The position numbers and the translations under genes are program-made. The notes beneath the pieces are model-generated. The model did no database searches and was not told the DNA's origin. It saw only the letters and a list, made by a program, of their open reading frames with translations. A stretch of DNA of 64,000 nt from Vicugna vicugna. Its lineage: Eukaryota. The stretch covers positions 1,196,584 to 1,260,583 of the forward strand of contig MU058451.1 in assembly GCA_013265495.1 (NCBI GenBank), read 5' to 3'. This document shows, piece after piece, positions 24,321 to 37,220 of this stretch. The first letter of the stretch is position 1. Every line of letters starts with the position of its first letter.

Positions 24321-26859
24321 GTAGCAGTTATCAGCTGTCTGCCTTCTAAGGACATTATAGTGGGAGAATAAAAATAGTTTGCATATAACATACTAATTTG
24401 AATTTAAATTGAATTAAATGTAAAATGCAATTGGATTGGAATTTAAAACTCTACCTTTTTAGGCTATTGAATCTATGTTCTTGAGGGTAAAAAACGAGGA
24501 AATTATTCCTGTAAGATTTTATATTGATCAGGTTTTAGTTCTTAGCACTCACAGGTATCAAGCTATCAGGCAGCATGTTGATTCACAAATCCCATGAGTT
24601 TGTAGCCCCATCACCTCAATCTGAACTCATGGCTGCCTGACAGCTGAGGCCTCAGGGAAGGCATCATCTGAAAGCTGAGTAACCTGGGGCTCCAATTGCC
24701 ACGGCCACCGTGGCAAGGAGGCTCTCAATCCCGCCTCCTTTGGTCTTCAGCCTTTGGCACAAAGATTGGATTTTCTCAGAGAGTGATTAAGTGCAGGGCT
24801 GGTGATCCATGTGCTTCTAGGGGTGCGAAGGACTATCAATTTCTGCTTCTTTGCCAATTTACCCTAATTTCATGCCATGGGAATTTGGCCAGCCTGTCTT
24901 TGTAGGTGGTCCACTCCCCGCTTCCACGTCTGTCATTTGTGGCTTCCGTCTTGGAATCTCACCTTCGCGAGGGTAATGACCGCCATGATAGCAAAGTACC
25001 AGGGCAGGCTTGACCTCCGGCATCCTCTGGGGAATTGGCCCAGAACTTTCCTTCAAGCATCTACGAGTGACCACAGTGTGACTTCTGTCTAGGTGCTCAG
25101 TGTCAGAGAGCCTCAGGTCAGTGGTTTTCTGCAGAAATCTAAGGGAGGGGGGAAGCCAAGCACAAGGAACTCCAGGCCTCCTGCCTCCATTTCGGCCACA
25201 GCAGCTCCTCAGTTCTCTGTTTTATATTTCAGAGCTCGGAATGAGGTTACATGTGGAACCACTGGAGGGAAAAAAAAGTTTGAAAAGCACTGTTTAGATG
25301 ACTAGGTCTCAGACTTTAAAAAACAGGCTCATAGATTAGATTTGTGCCTTTCCTCTAACTTTAATTTGCCTCAGAAACATTTTGCAGAGAAGTCAAAACA
25401 GACCTGGGAGCTGAGGTTCAGAAATACCGTATGTGCCCTTATCTGCGGACCGTCTATCTCCACGAGGAGGAAGGGAAGAACCGCATCTCTTTCTCCATTT
25501 GGCTCTGAGGGTTGGCCTGGATTTTTAAAATTTCTTCTGGCCCCAGTTTAGCCTAGAATCCTTGTCAAGCTCATATGTTGTTGCAGAAACAAATATTTAA
25601 CGATTGCCGCTTTGCCATGTGCAAGTTTTCCAACCACTCTTGTTGGCCTCCGTGCACGTAGTGAGAATAGGTTGAGTAGGTGAGGTCTTTTTGTTTGTTT
25701 CTTTGTATTTCTTTCTTTCTTCCTTCCTTCAGATTTCTGGTGAGTTTTCAGGATCCTAGCTCCAAACTCAGCAAAATAAAACATTTCCCTCCCCCTCCTT
25801 CCCGGTTATCTTTTAAGTCAAGAAGATGTAAATCAGCTTGTGGGTTTACCGGGATAATTTATTGTTTCCCATGTAGAATTAGAGAGTTCCGTGAGGCCCG
25901 CAGCTTCCTCCTGCCTCTCTCTCCTCTCACTCCCTAGCCCCTGCCGTTGTTGGGTTTACAAAAGGGAAAGTTAAAGAAAAAAAAAAAAAAGAACATGGAA
26001 AAGTTTCTCAACTGCACTAACACACAGGGAACTTGTACTGTATCCAGAAATCCAGCAAGTCCTCCGGGAACCTGGCAGACGGATTCTGGCGTCAACAGGG
26101 CACCAAGCTCCCGCTCCAGCTAAAGGTCTACAAACAATGGAGCTGTCCAGAGAGCTGGGCGGCGCTGATACCTGGACCCGCTACAGGTACCACTTTCCCC
26201 GTCTGGGCTGGGCCCCATCAACTCCATCTATAAGCTTTGTTTAACAAGGCCACCATTAATGAGGTTCTGCCATGGGCTCGAGGAGGCTTTTTTTTTTTTC
26301 CCCAATTTAGTTTCATTAGGCTGGACATCTCAGGATCATTATACTTTATCCAAGTTGCTCATAAGCTGAACTAAAGTAACCTTGAAGAAACAATATAAGT
26401 ATAGCAGGACCTGATACTAATTGCATGGACCGCAAGGAAAAGGTTTCAAACAAGTTTCCTTTGAATGCTCTCCGTCCAGAATGACTGCTTGTGGTCCTTC
26501 CCAGACACTCCTCCCTACTCCACCAGTCCTCATGGTTACTACATGGGTTTGCCACGTCCTTACATGACCCCACACCACTGCTTAGAGATTAACACAGGGC
26601 CTTCGAGGTAGCCCATCCATGAGCGACAGTTGATTGATTAACTGGGGAAAAGATACCAGATCCAAGTGAATTCACTGGGCTCACTGACTGAACTTGAGAT
26701 AGAAATGTGGAGAAGTCCCACCTCTGTGGCTGGAAGATAAAACACTGGGAAACCATGGGCAGCTAGGAATTGTGCCACTTTAAGAAGCTATTTCATATCA
26801 AGGGCAAAAGAAATCTGCATGCGGAGAGTGGCAGAGATTGGGGTAAAGCGAGGTCAACG

Positions 26860-27010
26860 GTTTTAGTTGTCCTGGTACCAGCTCCACCTCTAGCCTTCCC
26901 TGACCTCTGGTGTTCAATTTCTTGTTTTTTGTGATTAAATACACTTCTTTCAGCTAATTGGACGTTTGCTTCTGTAACTTGCATCCGAAAAAGTCCTACA
27001 GAATCACCCT
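26860..27010 (+). mobile_element. MLT1-type LTR 3' fragment
   Basis: 'gtgattaaatacacttc..gcttctgtaacttgcatccgaaaaagtcct' resembles an MLT1 3' end. Confidence 0.45.
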
Positions 27011-27279
27011 TTACTACCTCTTTGAGGCAAAATCTCCTTTCAGAGACTGTATGACAGTTATCAGTCAGGCAGTTACTACTCACTTGACTATGAAGACAAA
27101 TTTGATGGGAAGTATTCTAGGCAAGAAAAACACAGCATTACGAGTTTGATGAAGTTTATCAATAGATTCCATACCCCTTACCTTTAAGAAGCTCACTTTC
27201 CTAAGCATTTGACCCAGGCTCATGTTACCAGAATTGATTGAAATTGATTTTCCAGCATCTTTTTTCTCGGGCTTTATGT

Positions 27280-28050
27280 TATCCAAAGTGCCTGATTTAG
27301 TAAAAGAAACCTGAATCAAATAGGCTTAAGCAAAGAAAGGAATTTATTGTTGCATAGTGCAAGAAAGTCTAGGGTAGATCTACTCAGAAAAGATTCAAAA
27401 GTGCTCAACTCATGTCATCAGGATTTGTTCCTCTCCATCTCTCTGCCCTGTTCTCTTAATTGGTTTAATTTCTCAAGTAGCATCTCTCCTCTTGGTGACA
27501 AGATGGACACAGTGTCTCTAGGCCAGAAGTTAGCAATCATTGGTGAATTTGCCCTTCAAGGGACATCTGACAATGTGTGGAGATATTTTGATGGTCACAT
27601 TTGGGGATAGGGGTGCAAGAGGGCTGTCGGCATCTCACAGGTAAAAGCCAGGGATACTGTGATACATCCTACAACACACAGCCCTTCCCCCCCCCAAAAT
27701 AATTATCTGGCCTTAAATGTCAATAGTGTTGAGGGTAAGACACCCTGCCTGATTTCATTGCTATCACCAATGAAAGAAAGCTTCTTTTTCTAGAGAGATC
27801 TAGTGATAGCTCAGGGCTTGCTGGTGCTGGTTGGCTCAGCCTGGGTTGTGTGTACATCCCTGAGGAAATCACTGTGGCCAGAGGGTTGTTGTATCCTGAT
27901 AGGCGGGTATGGGTCCAATACTCCTCTGGTTACTAGGCAGGGCATTAATTCTATTCAAGTCCCAGAGAGTTGGAACGGGGGCAGGGATGGTTCCCTAAAG
28001 GAAAATAATCATGTCCTTGCCAGAAGGGTAACAGATGCACGGCAGCAAAG
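27280..28050 (-). mobile_element. MLT1-type LTR interrupted by MER20
   Basis: 'aatcaaataggcttaagcaaagaaaggaatttattg', 'ggtgacaagatggac', then 'ttggctcagcctgggttgtgtgtacatccctga..aatcactgtggccagagg'. Confidence 0.65.
27524..27747 (+). mobile_element. MER20 hAT-Charlie DNA transposon
   Basis: 'gggacatctgacaatgtgtggagatattttgatggtcaca..gccagggatactg..catcctacaa..aattatctggccttaaatgtcaatagtg..gag..caccctg'. Confidence 0.85.
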
Positions 28051-28375
28051 TACAGTAGCACCTGCGAGAGTATCCTAGTTGGTAACCAGGAATTGTATTA
28101 GATCAACGCATGTAAATACGCCCACATGAGAGATGCGGAGAAGGATGCCCCCGCTGCTTTCTTCCTCTTCCTCCTGGTCAGCGTGGCCTCTAGAGACAGT
28201 GTCCCTTTGTTTGCTGGTTAACCTAGGTGAGTAACACCAGTGGAAGAACTTCAGATTTAGGAATGGTAGGTCAGTGGGGTAGAGTTCGGGAGCAGGTAAG
28301 AGCTTAGAGGGGCTTTTAATTGTCACCGGCTTCCCCGTCTACACTAAGCTGAATCACAGCCACTGTCGTGCTCAT

Positions 28376-28651
28376 TGTGGCAGGCAGAATTCCAAGAGTC
28401 GCCACCCTGCTGTAAACACCCTGCCTAATCACTATGAATAGGACGGGTTTTACTCCCATATTCAGGTTGCTTTATATGCACAGTAGATCTTAATAAGGAG
28501 ATGTATGCATGAGCCTAACCTAATCACACGAGCCCTCTAAAAGCGAGGAGTGTTTTCAGTTGGTGGAAAAGAAAAAGTCAGAGATTCAAAGCATGAGAAG
28601 GATTTGAAGTGCTGTCGCTGGCTTGAAGATAGAGAGGGTCAGGAGGCTAGG

Positions 28652-28686
<35 letters not shown>

Positions 28687-28999
28687 TGTATGTGTGTCCT
28701 CTAGAAACTGAGAGTGTCCCCTGTCTGAGAGCTAGCAAAGAAATGGGGATGTCAGTCCCACTGATTCAGGAAGATGAGCTCTGCCAATAATCATGAACTT
28801 GGAAGAGAACCCTGAGGCTCAAGTGAGAACAGCAGCCCTGGCCGCTACTGTGATTTCATCCCAGTGAGACCCTGAGCAGAGAATCCAGCCACACCACATC
28901 TGGACTGCTGACCCAGAGGAATGGCGAGGTAATAAATGTTTCTTGTTTAGACAGCTAAGGTTTTGGTAATTTGTTACACAGCAACCCAAAACTAGTATA
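28376..28999 (+). mobile_element. Solo MaLR LTR (MLT1D/E-like) with a perfect 5-bp TSD
   Basis: Starts TGTGGCAGGCAGAAT and ends 'ggtaatttgttacacagcaa..aaactagtata', with internal AATAAA. TSD CTCAT at 28371-28375 and 29000-29004. Contains (TG)n at about 28654-28698. Confidence 0.9.
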
Positions 29000-29386
29000 C
29001 TCATGTATTAGCTCACATTCGTCCAGTTCCACTGCCACATAATGCTTAAACATGGGGTGGCAGAATGACAGATGTTATAACCCTACAAGCGGCAATAAAG
29101 TTTGCAGGAGGGCAGATTAGATTACACAAAATGTTACTTGATTTGAAAAGACAATGGTCCAGCTCCTGCGTTCACTGCTTCTCAGCCTGAGGTGGCAGAC
29201 TAGTCTGGAGGCAGGCAGGTGCCTTCTGTGACTGTTCAGCTCTTTCCTACTGAAGACTGGAGCGCTCAGCCCGCCACTGAAGACTGGTCTGCAGCTCCCA
29301 TTGCTCAGGCCACTGAATGGGTCGCAACCACCACTGAGTGGTCTTAAGCTATTCTTCCCACCAAGTCTCAGAATGGAAAATGGTTT

Positions 29387-29597
29387 AAGAAAGGAAGGAA
29401 GGAAGGAAGGAAGGAAGAGAAAGAAAGAAAGGAAGAAAGGGAGGGAGGGAGGGAGGAAGGAAGGAAGGAAAAAGGAAGGAAGGAAGAAAGAAAGGAAGAA
29501 AGGGAGGGAGGAAGGGAGGAAGGAAGCAAGGAAGGAAAAAGGAAGGAAGGAAAAGGAAGGGAAGGTAAAGGAAGGGAAGGTAAAGGAAGGGAAAAGA
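29387..29597 (+). repeat. (GGAA/GGGA/GAAA)n polypurine tract
   Basis: About 210 nt; 29387-29526 is purine-only and there are three pyrimidine interruptions after that. Confidence 0.95.
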
Positions 29598-29689
29598 CAA
29601 TAGATGGCCTCAGTGCAGGAAAGACCACTGCTATTTTTCCCATCCATGAGTCCACTAATGGATAACTAGCAGCATTATTCTAAGTCTTC

Positions 29690-30040
29690 GCTTTGCCCTT
29701 TCCTCTCACTGAACTCCAGCCATGATAAATTAGCCTCAGTCCTCTGGATTTGCCTTGTAGTCTCATACCTGCCTGCTCTGGGCCAAGCTCTTTCCTTGAG
29801 ATGTTCTTCATTCTTGACTTTCCCTGGAAATTTGACTTTTCCCTCAAGGTTTGGCTCAAGTGCAATTTCCTCTGTGAAGAATTCTTTCAGTTCTCCAGCC
29901 CTTGGTACAATAAATGTTTCATCTCTCTGTGCTTCAGATCGCCTTGATGATAAGGATTTTGAGAGACTTCCTGCTTTTGGTAATTCTCATAGTCCCTGAG
30001 CACAGGCCTGGAACATCATGGGACTGTGGAATAGACGTCT
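29690..30040 (+). mobile_element. L2 3' fragment, degraded
   Basis: 'tttccctcaaggtttggctcaagtgcaatttcctctgtgaagaattc', 'cctgagcacaggcctggaacat'. Confidence 0.5.
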
Positions 30041-30723
30041 GCCCCAAGTCTTGATGAGTTATCATCCCAGCAGGTCATCGTTTGGAGCACCTGGAAGTAA
30101 GGCTTCTCGACTGAGTTTTGCTGTATCATGTCTCTTGGCAGCTTTGGGTGAAGAATCTCATGTCCCCTGATGGTATCAAGGTTTCACCCAGCTGGTGATG
30201 CTGTGTGGGTGATTTGTTGGAACACAAGGACTGGTTCCCTTGCTTTCACTGAAATTGTCAATAAAATTAATTTTTTTCTGCAAAAGTTCACCATTCTTGA
30301 ATATCAGCTTCATCACAAGGCACGCAGTGTGCACAGAACCAACTTCTAGAATAAATAAAAGACAGCAGAGCATGGTTTCATGAAGAATTCCTATGCTTGC
30401 TCACCTGTTAACACTATTTGGGTTTTTACACATTTGGAAAGTACACTGTATATGCCCTCAAGAGTCTGCAGGCTGGGAGAAATAGGAAGCATCCCTAAGA
30501 AGGGCTGAGAAATCTGCCTGACTCAAACATTATTGGTGGGGACTCCATGTGCTAGGCTAATGTGCAGGGGCTCTAACTTGCCCCACCACCTGCTGACTGT
30601 GCCTCAGACAGCACTGTTTGTGAGAAGAGACTGGTCTCTTATTCCTGGTATTGAAAAGAATTGTCAGCTTGTGCTGTTTGGTGCTCTTGGGACTTCAAAT
30701 GTATTAGCAAAATCTAGCAATCT

Positions 30724-31169
30724 ATTTTTATTGCAGTATATTGGATTTACAATATTATATTAGTTTCAGGCGTATAGCATAGCAATTCAATATTTTTATA
30801 GATTACATACCATTTAAAGTTATTACAAAATAATGGCTATACATTCTGTGCTGTACAAGATATCTTTGTTGCTTATCTATTTTCTATGTAGTAGTTTGTA
30901 TCTCTTAATCCCATACCCCTATCTTGCCCCTCCCTTCTTTTCTCTCCCCATTGAGATCCAATAGTTTATTTTCTATATCTGTGAGTCAGTTTCTTTTTTT
31001 GTTATATTCACTAGCTTGTTGTTTTTTTTTAGATTCCACATATAAGTGATAACATACTGTTTGTCTTTCTCTGACTTATTTTTGCTAAGCATAATACTCT
31101 CTACATCCATCCACATTGTTGCAAATGGTAGAATTTTATTCTTTTTATGGCTCAATAATATCCCATTAT

Positions 31170-31210
<41 letters not shown>

Positions 31211-32210
31211 ATATCTTCTTTATCCATTCATCTTTTGATGGACACTTGTGTTGCTTCCATATATTGGCTATTCTAAATAACACTGCTATGAACATTGGGG
31301 TTCATGTGTCTTTTTTTAATTCATGTTTTCATTTTTTGGATGTATACCCAGGAGTAGTATTGCTGGATCATATGATAGTTCTATTTTAGTCTTTTGAGGA
31401 ACCTCCATACTGTTTTCCATACTAGTTGCACCAATTTATATTCCCACAAACAGTGTACAAGTGTTCCCTTTTCTCCACATCCTTGTCAACATTTGTTATT
31501 TGTAGACTTTTTGGCGGTAGCCATTCTGTCAGGTGTGAGGTGAGATCTTACTGTGGTTTTGACTGTCGTCTCCCTGATGATTAACAATGTTGAGCATCTT
31601 TTCATGTGTCTGTTAGCCATGTGTATACCTTCTCTGGAAAAATTTCTATTCAGGTCTTCTGCCCAGTTTTTGGATTGAGTTGTTTGGTTTTTTTATTTTG
31701 AGTTGTATAAGCTGTTTATATATTTTGGATATTAACCCTTTGTCAATCATATCATTTGCAAATATTTTCTCCCATTCAGTGGGTTGTCTATTGTTTCCTT
31801 TGCTGTGTAAAATCTTTTAAGTTCAATTAGGTCCATTTGTTTATTTTTGCTTTTATTATTTTTGCCCTAAGGCACAGATTAAAAAAATACTGCTGTGATT
31901 TATGTCAGAGTATTCTGCTTATGTTTCCTCCTAGGAGTTTAATGGTTTTACATCTTACATTTAGGTTTTAAATCCATTCTGAGTATGTTTTGAGTATATC
32001 GTGTGAGGAAATGTTCTAATCTCATTCTTTTACATGTAGCTGCCCAGTTTTCCCAGCACCGCTTATTGAAGGGGCTGTCTTTTCTCCATTGTATATTCTT
32101 GCCTCCTTTGTTGTCAATGAATTAACCACAGGTGCGTGGCTTTACTTCTGTGCTCTCTATTCATTTCCATTGATCTGAGTTTCTGTTCTTGTGCCAATAC
32201 CATACCATTC
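30724..32210 (-). mobile_element. 5'-truncated L1 (ORF2 end and 3'UTR) with an internal (CA)n(TA)n
   Basis: Antisense L1 3' motifs 'agattccacatataagtgata', 'gaggaacctccatactgttttcca', 'ccagttttcccagcacc..ttattgaa'. ORF 30973..31227 (-) is its read-through. Confidence 0.9.
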
Positions 32211-32214
32211 CATC

Positions 32215-32900
32215 TTTTAATCCATTAATTCATCATTCAGCAAATATTCACCGAGTGCCCACTATATGAATACAACAGGGGGGACACTTCTTTGTGATAG
32301 TGTCTTGGAATTTACCTCCAGTAGGGAAGAGAGACACATAAATTAATATAAAGATGCTACTGTAATAGACACTACAGAAGAGAGGTTCCCAGGGTTATGA
32401 GAGGTCATAAGAAGATTCGACCGAGTCAAGGAGGTGAAGGGAAGCTTCCCAAGAAAAGTGAAAAGAAGAAGGAAGAGCATTTCAGTCTGATAGAAGACCA
32501 TGTGCAAAATCTGCGCAGCAGGACATAACATAGGGATCTCAAGGTGCTGAAAGAAAGCCGGCGTCCCTGAAGTGCAGGGAAGGAGCAGAAGGCTAGCGTG
32601 AGAGATGACCAGGAGGGCTTGGACCATGCTATAGGGGTTTGGCTTGACCCTGGGAGCCATTGGAAGCCTTCAAGTGTTTGAAACAAAGTGGCATGATCAG
32701 ATTTGCACTTTCTGAACACTTCCTCTGGTTGCAAGGCAGAAAATGGATTGGGGGAAGCCAGAGTAGATGCAGTAAACCATGTAGGGGACCACTGTGGCTG
32801 TGATGAAAAATGATGGTGGATTGGACAAAAGTGATAGTGGAAGAGATATATTCAAGGGGAGGGACTTGAGAAATATTTAATACGTAGAGATGCATTTTCC
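32215..32900 (-). mobile_element. L2 including its 3' end
   Basis: 'cattcagcaaatattcaccgagtgcccactat', 'gggaagcttcccaagaaaagtga', 'gggagccattggaag..gcatgatcagatttgcacttt'. Confidence 0.78.
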
Positions 32901-34589
32901 CAGAAAAAGCTGTAGAGAATCATTGTAGCAGGATCAGCTTCTGAGCTTCTGATCCTTAGGTTGAGAACTGAAAGTGTATTAATACAGAGAAGAAAAAAAA
33001 AAGCATTTTTTAATGCAAAAAACCAGACAAATTAAAAAATAATTTAAATAACAAAACTGCAATTATATTAAGTAATAATAAAAATAAGACATGGCACTAA
33101 GCAGAAATTATCTGAATCTCCGAGACACAAAAACAACCCTATCTCATGTGACTTATACTTCATCCTAAAACTAGGTAGAAAACGCTTATAAAGTGGAGAC
33201 TTTAATGTGATTCAAAGCTACAAATGTGCAGCCAGAATGTAACGTGATGGTTCATGTTTTGTTTATGTTTTTTCACGTGGGACTTCTCATGGCTAAGACA
33301 TTTTGGAGGTTACATGACCATTTCTAGTCCTGAAAATAAAGTCAGTCCAGTCGAAGCAAATAATTAGAGTCAAAGAAAAATAAGTTATTTGAAGTAGTCA
33401 GCTTCTAGTGAAAACGTTCCAAGCCCAACAAGCAATTCTGTTCTTGTGTTTATCCTGGGACTCCAGCACTGCACCACAGAGACGTGGGTCTTCTCTGTGT
33501 CTCCGTGCGGAGATTTAATTAACCATGAAGGTGCTTGATGGGGAGGAATCCTGCTTATTCATGGTGTTTTAACATCTATGAAAAGGAAATACCATGGTTT
33601 TCAGGTCTGGTCATGCAGCCATTCGTTTCTATTCAGAAACAACTGGGAGGGGGTGTATTCCTTAAATAAATAAACTGAAAATATGTGCTGCAGCACACGA
33701 GATAAAATGACTGACAGTCACTGTTCTTAGATTGATCAAAATGACTCAAAATTAGAAGGACTTTAAAAATATGTGTGTGTGTGTGTATAAAATGAAAGTA
33801 AATGCTGACTACATGAGAATATATCATGACCTTACCCTGAAGCAAATATTTCAATCAGGAAACATCTTAGAGAACAGTTTAAAAACTTGAAATCGCAGGC
33901 TCAAGTGAGACCACTTGACTGTAACTTCAAAAGATGTGATAGAGATTTACTCCCCCGTGAAAAGTTATGTTTCAACAAGAACAGCCCCAATTTGGATTAA
34001 CGAGAGGACTGGAGAAGGAAGACGGGAAAGCCACATGTGCCGCCACCAACTGTAAAATATGAAACAAAACCTGTAACTGTAAAGAATAGATTTCCAGTGC
34101 TTTCCACTTCTAAGACCTGTTTGAAGAAGGCGCAATGCCATTTTCATGTGGTGCCATGTGTTACCTGGTGGTAATTCTTCCCAGCACTGGAGTCATTTTT
34201 ACCTTCATGAACCAGTAACTTTTGTGTATAGCCGTCAGTTGGTCTAGACAGACAATTCTTTTGAGATCCATTCTCTTTTGATAGGTTTATCAGATTTCCG
34301 CTCTCAATTTTCCTTTAATACTTTTCTCTATTCTTCTGTCTCTCCCGCTTGAACATGTGATGTAATGATATTTACTGGCAAAGGTCATTCAATGACCCAA
34401 AGTCTCCAACTGCAGCAGGAAGAGCAGGATATAGTGGATTCTGCACGCCTCCCGGACTTTCCTGCTGGGAATCGCTCCTTCCTCACCTATCCCATAAAAA
34501 TAACCGTCCCCTATCTGACTTTCAGTTCCCTTAAAGATTGAATCCCAAGGAAAGTCAGGTCAACTAAGAAGCAATGAAACGGGGGAGTT

Positions 34590-34812
34590 GGGAACCCATT
34601 CTTTGGGTGACCTGGCACCTAGGTCCAAGACCTAATTCTGTCACTGCAAGGATGTGCACCCTTAGGCAGTCACTAACCTTCTCCTATTTATTTTCCCCCC
34701 TATGAGAGGAAGAGTAAGTGTTGTGACAATTACATGGGGGAAAAAAGCCTAAAAATGTCCCTGTACACCACCCAGCATGTTATAATCAGCCAATAAATAT
34801 TAGTTATTCTTA
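34590..34812 (+). mobile_element. MIR
   Basis: 'cctaggtccaagacctaattctgtcact..ccttaggcagtcactaaccttctc..caataaatattag'. Confidence 0.6.
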
Positions 34813-36819
34813 CTAAAGCTCAGAGATGCCATCATTTGAACCCCAGCAGGGAGACCCTGGGCACATGGCATATAAAATTCAGTATTTCTACTGCATTGTA
34901 CAGATATTTATTTGCTCTGGCAAGCTTTATCTTTGAGCACAAAAAAAGAGTTCTGTCGATACAGGGGATGACTTAAAAAAAAAAAGAGTGGGGAGAGCTT
35001 TAATCAAGTTGCGCTCAGACATGGGGATATTATTTTGTTTATTTTCAGAGCAGGAGCATTGGGCTTTGGTAGTCCTGTCCCACCGGATGTGCGAGATATT
35101 TAAAAATCAATTCCAAATACCAAAGCAGTCCTGTTCAAGATGCATTGAGATTTGAGCTACACGGTCAATGCAAACAATGCAGAGGCAGAAGTCACCCCTT
35201 ATGGTAAGCCAGCCAAAATAGGAGTAAGACAAGCTAATGAAATAATTAAAGTAGGTGGAAAATAACTAGTTGGCAGCAACAAGTCCATTTCTGTAGACAA
35301 ACTACTTCGCTCCAAATACATATACACGTTCATATACGATGGCTACAAATGAGCTTGCGATTCCCCTCTGCAAGTATTTGGGCAGGAAATAAAACCTTTT
35401 CCCAGTGGATGAAATAACACTCGTTCCTGCCAATCTAAGCAAGGCAGATTTAAATTTTATATGTGTCCAACTGCTTGTTCCCCCTTAGCTAATAACCTGC
35501 ATGGTGGAAACATTTCAAATGAAAGGGAGTTCACAGCCCCACAGCCCAGCTCTGAATATATCTACCGCGCATGTAAACAAGTAAACCATTATGTTTCTTA
35601 TTGCGATAAAGCTCGCAATGATAAGTGGGGACTTTCACCAAACAAAGAGCTTCCTATTGGGAGTGTGGATAATCTTCCAGAAAACCCTGTGTTTTGGCAA
35701 ATCACACCAGATTAATCTATTAGGCATCTCCTTTCATTATCAAATTTCCGCTGCCTATCACAGGGATGGCCTTATCAAGCAACCCTGTTTTCAAAAGCAG
35801 CCCCATTCCTAAGATTTCAGATGCTGGCCTTCCCTGCTCAGAAAACAGGTGTCCCTACTGTTTGCAGGCAGCAAAGGTCCCTGCACAGAAGCCTGGGAAA
35901 GGGCAGGGCTATCAGACTCTGTTCTACCTGAAGGAACAGGTAACAGGAAACTGTTGAGTCGATGAATAGAACCTAATTGGCACACAGGAGCCAGAAGTGA
36001 GTGTTTTTCGGAATTAAAATTCCTTAAAAACTTCCCACTGACAAGAAAAGCTTAAAAAAGAAAAACACAGAAGATTGTTTTGTGATCATCAAACGGACAG
36101 CTCCAAACAATGGAACTATTCTTTACGGAATTCTCTTGTAAACATAACGTTCACCCAAATTCATTCTTAAAATCAGGTATCGAGGTTGATGACAACATCA
36201 CGGAGTTACCTATGGGCCTTAAGCTTGAGAATATATTGTCTACATTCAGGAGGAAACGAATTCCACAGCTCAACAGAAGGCTAATATTCCAAGTCAATTA
36301 GTATGATGTATCAGGTTTTCTAGTTCTCAATGTCTCCACTCGCCAGCCCGTCTTCTTTTCTTACTTAATCAAACTGGGCATGTGGTTTCTGACCAGACCT
36401 TTTGTGTGCTAGGCCAGGGTCACCCACCACCATGGGGCACTGAAATGCACCGCTAACAAAAAACTCAGCTATCCTGGGGATGCGCCTGAATACGCACATA
36501 TAAGCACCTGATTGTTTATATTAGAGATAATATTTGTAGTCTAGGTACATGTTAGACGCAGATTGAAAGTTACTTGTAGACGGTCATTCAGAGGAAGACG
36601 ATCATTTTGTTTTGCTTAGTCAATGCCAGGATTTCTTCAATTTCTTCTTGTCAAATCCGTACCCAGCAAGTTCTGGTCTCATTAGCATTATCCTGGCCCA
36701 TCTGCATTCTCCTACAAGTAGAAAGACTTCATTCTCTGCTCTGAGCCGAGCTCTTAAAAACTTGGCCACTGTGTGCCTTACTGTAATAAAATAAAGGCAT
36801 TCAGGAAGGCCACTGTACT

Positions 36820-37220
36820 GACAACCGGAAGATCCAGTCTGCCTGCAGCTCCCCCGCCTGCCGGCAGGACGGCTCAGAGATGGGTGCTGGCTCTCGGGGT
36901 GGTAGGAAGCAATTGATAAGCACATGCCTTTGCTTCCGGCCCGCTACAGCACCAGCTTTGTTTCATCTACAGATGATTAAATAGTCTACGAGGCAATTAT
37001 GAACTGGAGGAAGGAACAGCCAACTCTCTCCAGGTTTCCTCAATCAGCCTGATTGAATTTCTCAAAGGCAGAGAGAGCAGGAGCAGGAGCTGTTTCAGAA
37101 GGGACTTTTCCTGGAAATTGTTCGGCAGCTCAGAATCGAGCCTTTCAGTTAACTGCTTGCTGTTTCATTTTATTATGTGCAAATTGTGGCTTAATAGATT
37201 TACAGTTGCTATAAACTCTC
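36820..37220. promoter_or_regulatory. Candidate enhancer core (ETS, GATA, PBX-like palindrome, overlapping NF-kB/STAT)
   Basis: ACCGGAAG 36824-36831, TGATAAG 36914-36920, CTTCCGG 36933-36939, TCAATCAG-C-CTGATTGA 37040-37056, GGGACTTTTCC 37101-37111 overlapping TTCCTGGAA 37108-37116. Locally GC/CpG-rich, in a transposon-poor region. Confidence 0.45.

Noticed and set aside
29247..29340. CRISPR-like repeat-spacer pattern
   Set aside because: Repeats are only 7-14 nt, spacing is irregular, the context is mammalian and there are no cas genes.
29117..29655. Longest ORFs in the track (up to 176 aa)
   Set aside because: They are low-complexity translations of the polypurine tract, which lacks stop codons.
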